Part shown: one piece after another, positions 36,145-44,272 of the stretch
Layout of the letters: every line of letters starts with the position of its first letter
Numbering within the stretch: position 1 is the stretch's first letter
From: Patescibacteria group bacterium
GTDB taxonomy: Bacteria > Patescibacteriota > Minisyncoccia > Phycocordibacterales > CAIRYW01
Length of the DNA: 64,000 nt
Reading direction: 5' to 3'
Assembly (NCBI GenBank): GCA_040389185.1
Contig: JAZKAJ010000005.1
Coordinates: 19,887 to 83,886, forward strand
The notes under the pieces: model-generated
What the model was told of the DNA's origin: nothing
Databases searched by the model: none
The model's input: only the letters and a program-made list of their open reading frames with translations
Program-made: the position numbers and the translations under genes

Positions 36145-37353
36145 TTATTTTTCGAGAAGTGTTAGCAATGCGTCTAAAGCATCTTCACAACCTTTCGAAT
36201 CCGGATTCACTGCCCTGACCTGGCGAAGCATCTTATCAATCGCATTATCTATCTCAGTCCATTTTGCTTGATTCATTGGCCTTAATTTTGCCTCTGCATT
36301 GTCCCATTCATACTCAAGATCAGAAACACGGGTCTTCGCACCAGAGAGATCACCTGCCGCCACAAACGCGCGCGTATCCTCAGTGATTTTTTTAAAGGTT
36401 GAAAGATCTCCTAATGGCAAAATTGTCGTGGCTGCAGTTGAAGATTCAACCGAAGAATTAATACTAGGGTGATTTGATATTTTGAGTGAATCCTGTCTCC
36501 AAACATATGCAGATATTCCCACAATAAGAAAGATAAGAACAGTTGCAATCGTTTGCTTAATCACCTTTCCCTCTTCCATCCCATCTTCTTTAGTATTTGC
36601 AATTTCAATGACATCTCGTTTAGTAAATGAAAGGAAGATAACAAGTCCAATAATACCAAAGATAAATAAAATACTTGTCATTGTTGCCCCGAGACCTAAT
36701 CCACCATATCTTGAAGGTTGAGAGAGATAATCCCCTATTGATGCCCCGAGTGGACGAGTCATTATATAGATAATCCAAAATGACAATACAGAATTCAGCC
36801 CAGCTCTACGACTGAGGGATGCCAAAAGAATTATAACTGCAACAATAATACCTGTTGTTAAGTAACCAAGACCTAAACTTTCTGCCATCAGATCCCCAGT
36901 AGCTGTACCAAGCGCAAATGTAAAAAGAATAGTAAGCCAGTAAAAAGACTCTCTTCGTTTTGTAAAGATTGAATGTATAGAAAGAGTCTTTTCAGATCGA
37001 TACCACAAAATAAATGTGAGGGCAAGAAGAATGCTAAATAATATGGTACTTGTCTCAAGCGGTACACCTATACTGTCTGTAAGATTATCTGTCACAAGTG
37101 TTCCAAACACACTAATGAATGCGGCAGTGAGCCAATAAACTCCTGGAATATATTTTGAGGCTTTGAACTGAAAGAAAAGTGCCGCCACAAGCAAAATTCC
37201 CATAATAATTGAAGTACCCGTGAGACCAATATTCAAATTAATATTCAAGAAATCAGCAAAAGTTTCCCCAACAGTAGTACACAGTACTTTAATGATCCAA
37301 AAATAAAGAGTGATCTCAGGAACCTTATTTAGTATTTTTTTTATTTCATTCAT
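36145..37353 (-). CDS. DUF347-repeat membrane protein (COG4705-like).
   Basis: 402-aa ORF with four tandem repeats of an aromatic-W...G-x-x-x-D motif in transmembrane pairs (LYFWIIKVLCTTVGETFADFL, VYWLTAAFISVFGTLVTDNL, FYWLTILFTFALGTATGDLM, SFWIIYIMTRPLGASIGDYL), plus a C-terminal soluble domain. Confidence 0.6.
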   Translation of the reverse strand: MNEIKKILNKVPEITLYFWIIKVLCTTVGETFADFLNINLNIGLTGTSIIMGILLVAALFFQFKASKYIPGVYWLTAAFISVFGTLVTDNLTDSIGVPLETSTILFSILLALTFILWYRSEKTLSIHSIFTKRRESFYWLTILFTFALGTATGDLMAESLGLGYLTTGIIVAVIILLASLSRRAGLNSVLSFWIIYIMTRPLGASIGDYLSQPSRYGGLGLGATMTSILFIFGIIGLVIFLSFTKRDVIEIANTKEDGMEEGKVIKQTIATVLIFLIVGISAYVWRQDSLKISNHPSINSSVESSTAATTILPLGDLSTFKKITEDTRAFVAAGDLSGAKTRVSDLEYEWDNAEAKLRPMNQAKWTEIDNAIDKMLRQVRAVNPDSKGCEDALDALLTLLEK

Positions 37354-37418
37354 AAACAGTAGTGTAACATTATATTATTATTGATGCAGAGTTACATGCC
37401 CATCTCTAATGGTAAGTT

Positions 37419-38192
37419 TTATTTAATACTTTCAATTGCGGCACGTACTGCAGCACACATCGCCTTCACTCGGCATTCAAGAGGAAAATCAGAAGAAGTC
37501 TCCAGGGTATAATTAACCGCTTTTTTCTTTTCAAAAAGATAGAGCGCCTCTGGCCAATGTTTTAGTGCATGGAGATCGGTCGGTACGCCAATAATTCCAT
37601 TTACCGCAGGGTACCCATCAATTTCTGAAGAATCATCAATTGGAAAAATTGATCTCACGCTTTCTAATATGTGATTTGCAACTGATTGGTTTCCCTGGTG
37701 TAATGCCTCGTACAAATAGAATCCTTTTGCACCCCAATCTTCATGAAGACATAAAGTGAGATCGTAATTCGGAGAAAGATCTAGCCATTCTACATGGGCA
37801 CAAATGAGAGATGTCTTGCAGTGATAATAATCTCTATTCAGATCAACACAGTCCTCATTCTCTCTTGTATTATTTTTAAATCCAGAAACATTAAGACAAG
37901 GAAAAATGTGAAATTCAATATTTTCTGGCCATGTATTTTTCTTTAATAGTTCTAAAATAGCCAAAGGCCCCGCAGGTTCATCACCATGAATACCGGCTGA
38001 AATGTATACTCTTTTCAGAGGCTCCTGAAATTGTTTTTTGAAAACAATTAATTCTTTTTCATTTGGGACAGGTATTTTTTCAACTATCCAACCAAACTGT
38101 ATCGCAGCCTCAGTACAGTTATCCAAAACACAATCAATATCTATTGTCTCACCGCAATAGCGGTCTTGATTGATATTTAGCTTTTTTGTCAT
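37419..38192 (-). CDS. Succinylglutamate desuccinylase / aspartoacylase family (M14-like zinc hydrolase).
   Basis: 257-aa ORF with the GIHGDEPAG motif typical of the AstE/AspA family. Confidence 0.7.
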   Translation of the reverse strand: MTKKLNINQDRYCGETIDIDCVLDNCTEAAIQFGWIVEKIPVPNEKELIVFKKQFQEPLKRVYISAGIHGDEPAGPLAILELLKKNTWPENIEFHIFPCLNVSGFKNNTRENEDCVDLNRDYYHCKTSLICAHVEWLDLSPNYDLTLCLHEDWGAKGFYLYEALHQGNQSVANHILESVRSIFPIDDSSEIDGYPAVNGIIGVPTDLHALKHWPEALYLFEKKKAVNYTLETSSDFPLECRVKAMCAAVRAAIESIK

Positions 38193-38286
38193 GATTTGTA
38201 TTATAATCTTGATTTATAGAAGGGCAATAGCATATAACAAGAAACAATCTTGGTAATTCTTAGCCACTTCATCCGTCTACTTATTC

Positions 38287-38730
38287 ATGTATTTAGTCAA
38301 AAACAAAGGCTCCCAAAATCCGATACTCCGATATCTTGTTGCAGGGCCGCTCATCTGGCTTATGATCGTTCCCATTATAGCTGCAGATATTCTTGTCGAA
38401 ATTTATCATCGCATCTGTTTCCCTATTTATGGCATACGATTGGTCAAACGCTCACAGTATATTCGCATCGTAGACAGAGCCAAACTCCCCTACCTCACAT
38501 GGTCAGAAAAAATAGGATGTGCTTATTGTGGGTACATGAATGGATGGCTTCACTATGCATCAGTTATTGCAGGCAGAACGGAAAATTATTTTTGTGCAAT
38601 AAGTCATCTTGAAGCTCGAGGTTATGTTCCATCCGAGCATGAAAAATCATTTATCAAATATGGTGATGGTAGCGCACTCAAAAAAAGATATGCAAATCAT
38701 GAATTAAAATATGGTAAAGAGATAGAGTAA
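38287..38730 (+). CDS. Hypothetical protein (147 aa) with an N-terminal membrane segment and a Cys cluster.
   Basis: ORF only. Contains CAYCGYMNGW and a further Cys. Confidence 0.45.
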   Translation: MYLVKNKGSQNPILRYLVAGPLIWLMIVPIIAADILVEIYHRICFPIYGIRLVKRSQYIRIVDRAKLPYLTWSEKIGCAYCGYMNGWLHYASVIAGRTENYFCAISHLEARGYVPSEHEKSFIKYGDGSALKKRYANHELKYGKEIE

Positions 38731-38788
38731 ACACATTTAATATGTAATTTGTTCCACCTCTCTCCGTCATCTATATTGTAACTCTTTA

Positions 38789-38852
38789 ATTCCAACGAGC
38801 GAGGAGCGCGTGAACGAGTACTCTCGTACACAGCGTCCGAGTCGAAGTTGGA
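38789..38852. repeat. 64-nt structured repeat element L (ttccaacgagcgagg...gaacgagtactctcgtac...gttggaa), a short version.
   Basis: It has terminal inverted repeats ttccaac/gttggaa and an internal palindrome. A longer related copy in inverted orientation lies at 39881-40098. Confidence 0.5.
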
Positions 38853-38891
38853 ACAAAGGGTATTTACCCTTTATTAAATAATCAATCTATT

Positions 38892-39047
38892 ATGTTATTA
38901 CAACTTCTCGTGGTTATTGTCGTCCTCTGGGTCATTTATGCGTATCTACTTCCCCTTTTGCCAGAAAAAATAAGGACTCCTGTTCAAATCGTGTTGGTAG
39001 TGATCGTAATTGTCTGGCTACTTCGACTTGCGGGACTTGGATTTTAA
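38892..39047 (+). CDS. Small hydrophobic membrane peptide (51 aa).
   Basis: The translation is MLLQLLVVIVVLWVIYAYLLPLLPEKIRTPVQIVLVVIVIVWLLRLAGLGF. Too short for the ORF track. A terminator lies at 39068-39100. Confidence 0.35.
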   Translation: MLLQLLVVIVVLWVIYAYLLPLLPEKIRTPVQIVLVVIVIVWLLRLAGLGF

Positions 39048-39179
39048 TTCCTTTATACAAGTCAACAAAGAAATGTCCGCTCGCGGGCATTTTCTTTTGC
39101 AAATTTTCTGTAATCTTTCTAGCGATTTCCCGTCGTATATTATATATTAATTGAGTTTTTATTAATTAATTTTTATATC

Positions 39180-39575
39180 ATGAACAAAAATAAAGTTGTG
39201 CATTTTGAGATCGTCGCTATAGACCCACAAAGGGCCATCGAATTTTATACAAAAGTCTTTGGGTGGGAATTCAAGAAATGGGAAGGAGGAGAAATGGATT
39301 ATTGGATGGTTTTAACTGTACCCCAAAACACCCCAGGTGCCATTAATGGAGGACTTCGAAAGGAAATGGAAACAGATATTAAAGAACGTACAAAAAGTGT
39401 GAATGCTTTTGTGAGTATCATAGCCGTCGAATCCATTGATGATATTTTGAAGGGTATAGAAGAAAATGGTGGAGAGATAATGCAGCCAAAAATGAAAATT
39501 GAAAAAATGGGATGGCTCGCGTATTGCTATGATACAGAAGGCAATATGATAGGAATAATGGAACCCGATATGTAA
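39180..39575 (+). CDS. VOC family protein (glyoxalase/bleomycin-resistance fold).
   Basis: 131-aa ORF with VHFEIVAIDPQRAIEFYTKVFGWEF... and a C-terminal GWLAYCYDTEGNMIGIME segment. Confidence 0.7.
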   Translation: MNKNKVVHFEIVAIDPQRAIEFYTKVFGWEFKKWEGGEMDYWMVLTVPQNTPGAINGGLRKEMETDIKERTKSVNAFVSIIAVESIDDILKGIEENGGEIMQPKMKIEKMGWLAYCYDTEGNMIGIMEPDM

Positions 39576-39615
39576 TTTCTATATAATATATTTATTATTA
39601 AATAATCTATTCTCT

Positions 39616-39807
39616 ATGACAAAGACAACTTATCTCACTATTGTATCTATAATATTCTTTATAGTAGGTGTCGTTCATATTATAAGAATAATAAATGGAG
39701 CAGCAATAAACATTGAAGGTTTTGAGGTGCCAATGATTGCAAGCTGGATCGGCGCAATAGTAGCTCTCTTTCTCTCCTATCAAGGAACTCAATTAAGAAA
39801 TAAATAA
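39616..39807 (+). CDS. Small membrane protein (63 aa).
   Basis: Two hydrophobic helices. Terminator hairpin at 39805-39835. Confidence 0.4.
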   Translation: MTKTTYLTIVSIIFFIVGVVHIIRIINGAAINIEGFEVPMIASWIGAIVALFLSYQGTQLRNK

Positions 39808-39880
39808 AGGGCCGCAGAGCGGGGCCCTTTATTCCAACTCGACATTGTTTTCTTATGAGCAAAGCGAATTAGAAAACAAG

Positions 39881-40098
39881 AAGTACTCTTGTGGCGTAAG
39901 AGTACTCGTTCCACGCTTTCCTTACAGGAACTGTGTCGTAGATATTTTTCTTATGAAAAATTCTACCACCCTGACTCGCACCGTCGTGCTCCGTCTCTAA
40001 ATTCTTCCAAGTATTCAGAATTCAGCCTTTTGGATTGAGTACAATCTCAAAAGTCTTCTAAAGCTCCATGCATTCGCTTTTCACCTCGCTCGTTGGAA
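39881..40098. repeat. 218-nt structured repeat element R, the long inverted copy related to the element at 38789-38852.
   Basis: Its reverse complement starts ttccaacgagcgagg and ends ...tggaacgagtactcttacgccacaagagtactt. It contains a 9-bp palindrome agtactctt/aagagtact. Confidence 0.5.
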
Positions 40099-40168
40099 AT
40101 AACATAGTAAAAAAACAAATCACTACCTCTTGAGGTAGTGATTTGTTTTTATTATGTTATAAACTATC

Positions 40169-40399
40169 TTACTTTGTTGTTGCTTGTCCAGAGGTTCCAT
40201 CTCCCCCTCCACTTGGAAGCTTCACATTTACATCGAGACTGCCTGCATTGTTCTGTGGTGCTGCAGGTGCTTGTGCTCTCATTCGCGGAAACCCATACAT
40301 AAAGAAGAGTGCTCCAAGAACAATAACTACTATTAATACCACTACTGCTCCCATACCGCCGCCATCTCCGTTCCCTGGATTATTAACTATTGTTGTCAT
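40169..40399 (-). CDS. Small Gly/Pro-rich membrane protein (76 aa), higher GC.
   Basis: ORF with one transmembrane helix. A strong palindromic terminator at 40109-40150 lies downstream. Confidence 0.4.
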   Translation of the reverse strand: MTTIVNNPGNGDGGGMGAVVVLIVVIVLGALFFMYGFPRMRAQAPAAPQNNAGSLDVNVKLPSGGGDGTSGQATTK

Positions 40400-40607
40400 A
40401 AAAAATTAGAATTAGCTTATTAATTTCTCCCATACTATAAGACGAAGTGTAAACTTAATTATTACCATAAATTATTAATTTAAAGCTTTTTAAGTAATCA
40501 AAATTTAGAATGATGATAAGTAAATTAGAAAATTATACTCCCGCATGAGCACGGGCAGGGAATTATTTTTTTGACAAAAGGCTCTCAAAATGAGATTGTG
40601 TGTCTAG

Positions 40608-41084
40608 ATGAAAACACACCAAGCAAGCAAAACCAGCTTTTTTCAAAGATATGAGCAGGCTTATATCTCAAGGCAGATTAAGAATCCTGATAAAGGAAGT
40701 AATTTTGAAATAGCATCACGCTACTTCAGATGGCTTCCAGAGTATTTGCTAATCCAGCTTCTCAAAATTGCAAAATACGACGGTATTCTGTTTTATGAGA
40801 ATGATCAAATTATCGGCCACATCTTCTACCAAAAACATCCGGAAGGATGGAAAGTGTTCTCGGTGCATGTTTCAGACAACCTTCGCGGAAAAGGATACGG
40901 CCAAAAAATGATCTCAACATTCCTCATCACTGCTCACAATCAAGGTTTGAAGAGAGTCAGGATTGGCGCCGGAGGGAGTGTTACCCTAGAGCACATCTGC
41001 ACAAAAGTCATTTCTGGCGGACTTACACTCCCCTTCAAAGTAAGGAGAGGTGATACTACTGGGTGGCTCAATTTTGTTCAATAA
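40608..41084 (+). CDS. GNAT family N-acetyltransferase.
   Basis: 158-aa ORF with the acetyl-CoA binding motif VHVSDNLRGKGYGQKMI (R/Q-x-x-G-x-G/A). Confidence 0.78.
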   Translation: MKTHQASKTSFFQRYEQAYISRQIKNPDKGSNFEIASRYFRWLPEYLLIQLLKIAKYDGILFYENDQIIGHIFYQKHPEGWKVFSVHVSDNLRGKGYGQKMISTFLITAHNQGLKRVRIGAGGSVTLEHICTKVISGGLTLPFKVRRGDTTGWLNFVQ

Positions 41085-41150
41085 CGGAGTTAAGGACAAC
41101 ATCACAAAGGCTTCATCATATGCGACAGCATGTAATGAAGTTTTTTTTAT

Positions 41151-41669
41151 TTACATTACAATCTCACTTTGAAAGATACTTTTAAGAGCGTCTTTGATCT
41201 CTTTGTCTTCTCCCATATAAAACACAATCACTTTTTCATTGCTGTAGAGGTGAACATCTTTCTTCCAAGAACCATATTCTGTTTTTGAGCTTTTCTTGAA
41301 TGCTTCCTCGTCAGTTATCAAAGCGTCAATGTTGTCATATTCATATACCTTTATATTGCTATGAGCGAGCGTAATCATCTTTCCTTCAACCGTAAAGAAT
41401 GCTCTTGTGTTGTTCGCTACCACTTCAGGATTTAAACGGAGCTGCTTTAAACTATCAACAAGATCATTTGTGCCTGGACCAATATTTTTAACTGGATTTT
41501 GTCCTAAGATATTACTCCCCAATGTATCAGCAAGCGCAGTGGTGTTTGAGAATAAACCAGATTGAAAGAAGTGAAAAAATGAAGTAATTACCCAAAGAAG
41601 ACTGAGACCTAAGATGAGGAGGTGTTTAGTGTGACTTTTCATATATCTCTGCATTGTGACGGTTTCCAT
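41151..41669 (-). CDS. Hypothetical secreted or membrane-anchored protein (172 aa).
   Basis: N-terminal signal anchor (HLLILGLSLLWVITSFF). No motif recognised. Confidence 0.5.
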   Translation of the reverse strand: METVTMQRYMKSHTKHLLILGLSLLWVITSFFHFFQSGLFSNTTALADTLGSNILGQNPVKNIGPGTNDLVDSLKQLRLNPEVVANNTRAFFTVEGKMITLAHSNIKVYEYDNIDALITDEEAFKKSSKTEYGSWKKDVHLYSNEKVIVFYMGEDKEIKDALKSIFQSEIVM

Positions 41670-41790
41670 ACTAATGATGTCGTTTCAAAATGAAAAATAT
41701 TACACAATACCCATAGTAAAGATGGTGAGAAACTGGAATTATAATTAAAATTAAGGTACAATGTCCTTATAATCGTTAAATTAAATTTTT

Positions 41791-41931
41791 ATGGCAAAAA
41801 GAACAGGATCAATAAGCAGACTCACAACTTTGAGTCTCAAAGGGCCTCGAAAGACAAAAAAGAGACTCGCAATCAAGAAAGCAAAGATTGCAAAGAAGAC
41901 TGCAAACAAGAGATACAATAAAGGTAAATAA
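41791..41931 (+). CDS. Small highly basic protein (46 aa), possibly ribosomal-protein-like.
   Basis: The translation is MAKRTGSISRLTTLSLKGPRKTKKRLAIKKAKIAKKTANKRYNKGK. It is followed immediately by a 23-bp-arm palindromic terminator. Confidence 0.35.
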   Translation: MAKRTGSISRLTTLSLKGPRKTKKRLAIKKAKIAKKTANKRYNKGK

Positions 41932-41980
41932 TCTCAAAATAAAAAACCCCTCGAAAGAGGGGGTTTTTTATTTTGAGATT
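41930..41980. terminator. Very long perfect palindrome (aatctcaaaataaaaaacccctc-gaaa-gagggggttttttattttgagatt) acting as a bidirectional terminator.
   Basis: Read directly from the sequence. Lies between convergent small genes. Confidence 0.65.
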
Positions 41981-41985
41981 ATGTC

Positions 41986-42165
41986 TTATTTTGTCTTCGC
42001 CTTTACTTCTCCTTCTGTCTTTGCCTTTCCTAGAATACAGTACATTCCTGTTCCGCAAACAGGACACTTTCCTTTCATAGCCTTTCGTCCATTCTTCATT
42101 TCTACCTCTTTTGCCTCTGACATTTCCTGTTTTGCCTTACATTTAACACAATATGCTGTTGCCAT
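41986..42165 (-). CDS. Small C4 zinc-ribbon protein (59 aa).
   Basis: The translation is MATAYCVKCKAKQEMSEAKEVEMKNGRKAMKGKCPVCGTGMYCILGKAKTEGEVKAKTK. Start taken at the internal Met of the 41986-42225 ORF. Confidence 0.45.
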   Translation of the reverse strand: MATAYCVKCKAKQEMSEAKEVEMKNGRKAMKGKCPVCGTGMYCILGKAKTEGEVKAKTK

Positions 42166-42564
42166 AGTTATAAATTTAATTTCTAATGTATTTACTATAG
42201 CATATAATGCAATTTTAATACACAACTGTCCACAGAGGAGACTAAATGCCTGTCATAACATTGTTCAAGCATCGTCTTAATAATTAAGTCGAGTCGACGA
42301 ATTTAGTATTTATTAATATTAATAACTTACATAATTTTATGTCACAAAAAAGAAATGACGGTGATGACCAAGATCCATCAACAGAGCCAAAAAAACCAGA
42401 ACAGGATAACGAGACTCCTCACCCAACTCCTTGGGGTGCAGGACCAGATACTGAATAAGTAAACAATCTTTAGGTTCAGAAAAATACCCGATGCCGTAGG
42501 CATCGGGTATTTTGACATATTTTGCATACACGGTATTCTGTATGTATATAAATAATTTAAATAT

Positions 42565-44223
42565 ATGACCAAGCGAAATGCTCTTATCTCAGTTTCAGAC
42601 AAAGAAAACATTGTAGAATTTGCCAAAAGATTAATCGCACTCGATTTCAATGTCATAGCCTCAGGAGGAACAGCAAAACTCCTTGAATCAAGCGGAGTCA
42701 GAGTCACAAGCACCGCAGAAGTCATTAATATCTATGCGCGAGACATTCTGAAGAAAAATAATATAAAAATAACTCCAGAAATTGAGCATTCACTAGGTGG
42801 TGCAATCCTTGATCATCGTGTAGTTACCCTTTCACGCGAGATCCATGGCGGAATTCTTGCTCGAAAAGATCACATGGAAGAACTCTCAAAACTAATGATT
42901 CCGTGGATCGACCTTGTTTGCGTTGATTTCTACCCTTTTGAAAAGACAATCGCAAAACCAGGCATCACTATGTATGAAGCGATCGAACAAGATGATGTGG
43001 GGGGACCAACAATGATCCATTCAGCTGCCAAGGGAGCTCAAGAAGGTCGTATAGTTATAAGTGATCCAAAAGATCGTGACATAGTATTAGCACTTCTCGA
43101 ACAAAGTTCAGATCACGATCTCACACAAGAAAAGAAAAACGAACTCGCATCCAAAGCGGATTATATTGTCAGCCGTTATTGTATGATGGTCTCCACATAC
43201 AGAAGCGACAGAAATTTTGTGGGAATGTTCGGAGAAAAAGTCGCAGCATGTAAATACGGCGAGAATGCACACCAGACTCCAGCAGCACTGTATTCAAATG
43301 GAAGTAATGACCCACTTGCTCTCGATCAATTCGTCGTTGTTGAAGGAATGCTTCCAAGTTACAACAATTATTGTGATATTTATCGAATGACTCAGATCGC
43401 AACACATATTGCAGGAGCATTCGATAAAAACACAAAGAAAGTTCCATTTATGGCAATTGGAGTAAAGCACGGCAATCCTTGTGGCACAGCGATTGGCACA
43501 AATCCAAAACAAGTCTTGAAAAAAATGATGTCGGGAGATCCACTTTCAATATTCGGTGGACTCGTCATGACCAACTTCCCCATTGATGAAAAACTTGTGA
43601 GTGAACTTTCTGGCCGCATGCTTGATGGAATCATTGCCCCAGCATTTTCAAATGATGCGATCGAAAAATTGAAAAGAAAGGGTAACAAATGCCGATTTGT
43701 AGTGAACAAAGAACTATCAAAACTCTCAATTAAAAGTATCGACACTGCACCGTACTTTAGATATGTTCGTGGAGGATTCCTTGAACAGCCAAACTATACT
43801 TTTGTTATAGATCTCAAAGCACCTGAAATAAAACAATATGGAAAGATCTCACAGAGCCAAAAGAATGATCTCCTTCTTGCGTGGGCAATTGGATCTACCT
43901 CAAACAGCAACACAATTTCAATTGTTAAAAATGGTCAGCTGATTGGAAACGGTGTAGGTCAGCAGGACCGAGTAGGTGCAGCTAAACTCGCGCTCGAAAG
44001 AGCAAAGAGATCAAAGCACACACTCGCAGGCGCAAGTGCATTTAGCGACTCATTCTTCCCTTTCCCAGATGCACCAGAAGTACTCATAAAAGCCGGTATC
44101 AAAACGATCCTCAGTACAAGCGGTTCAGTGAAAGATGACCTCACGATCACTTTATGCCAGAAAAAAGGAACAGGTCTTATAATGATCCCCGACTCACTTG
44201 GACGAGGTTTTTTTGGGCACTAG
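42565..44223 (+). CDS. purH: Bifunctional AICAR transformylase / IMP cyclohydrolase.
   Basis: 552-aa ORF with an N-terminal MGS-like IMPCH domain (ALISVSDKENIVEFAKRL...ASGGTAK) and a C-terminal AICARFT domain. Confidence 0.88.
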   Translation: MTKRNALISVSDKENIVEFAKRLIALDFNVIASGGTAKLLESSGVRVTSTAEVINIYARDILKKNNIKITPEIEHSLGGAILDHRVVTLSREIHGGILARKDHMEELSKLMIPWIDLVCVDFYPFEKTIAKPGITMYEAIEQDDVGGPTMIHSAAKGAQEGRIVISDPKDRDIVLALLEQSSDHDLTQEKKNELASKADYIVSRYCMMVSTYRSDRNFVGMFGEKVAACKYGENAHQTPAALYSNGSNDPLALDQFVVVEGMLPSYNNYCDIYRMTQIATHIAGAFDKNTKKVPFMAIGVKHGNPCGTAIGTNPKQVLKKMMSGDPLSIFGGLVMTNFPIDEKLVSELSGRMLDGIIAPAFSNDAIEKLKRKGNKCRFVVNKELSKLSIKSIDTAPYFRYVRGGFLEQPNYTFVIDLKAPEIKQYGKISQSQKNDLLLAWAIGSTSNSNTISIVKNGQLIGNGVGQQDRVGAAKLALERAKRSKHTLAGASAFSDSFFPFPDAPEVLIKAGIKTILSTSGSVKDDLTITLCQKKGTGLIMIPDSLGRGFFGH

Positions 44224-44272
44224 AAGTGAAGTAGCGAATCTACCAAAATAATTCAGAAGTTAGACTTCTGAA

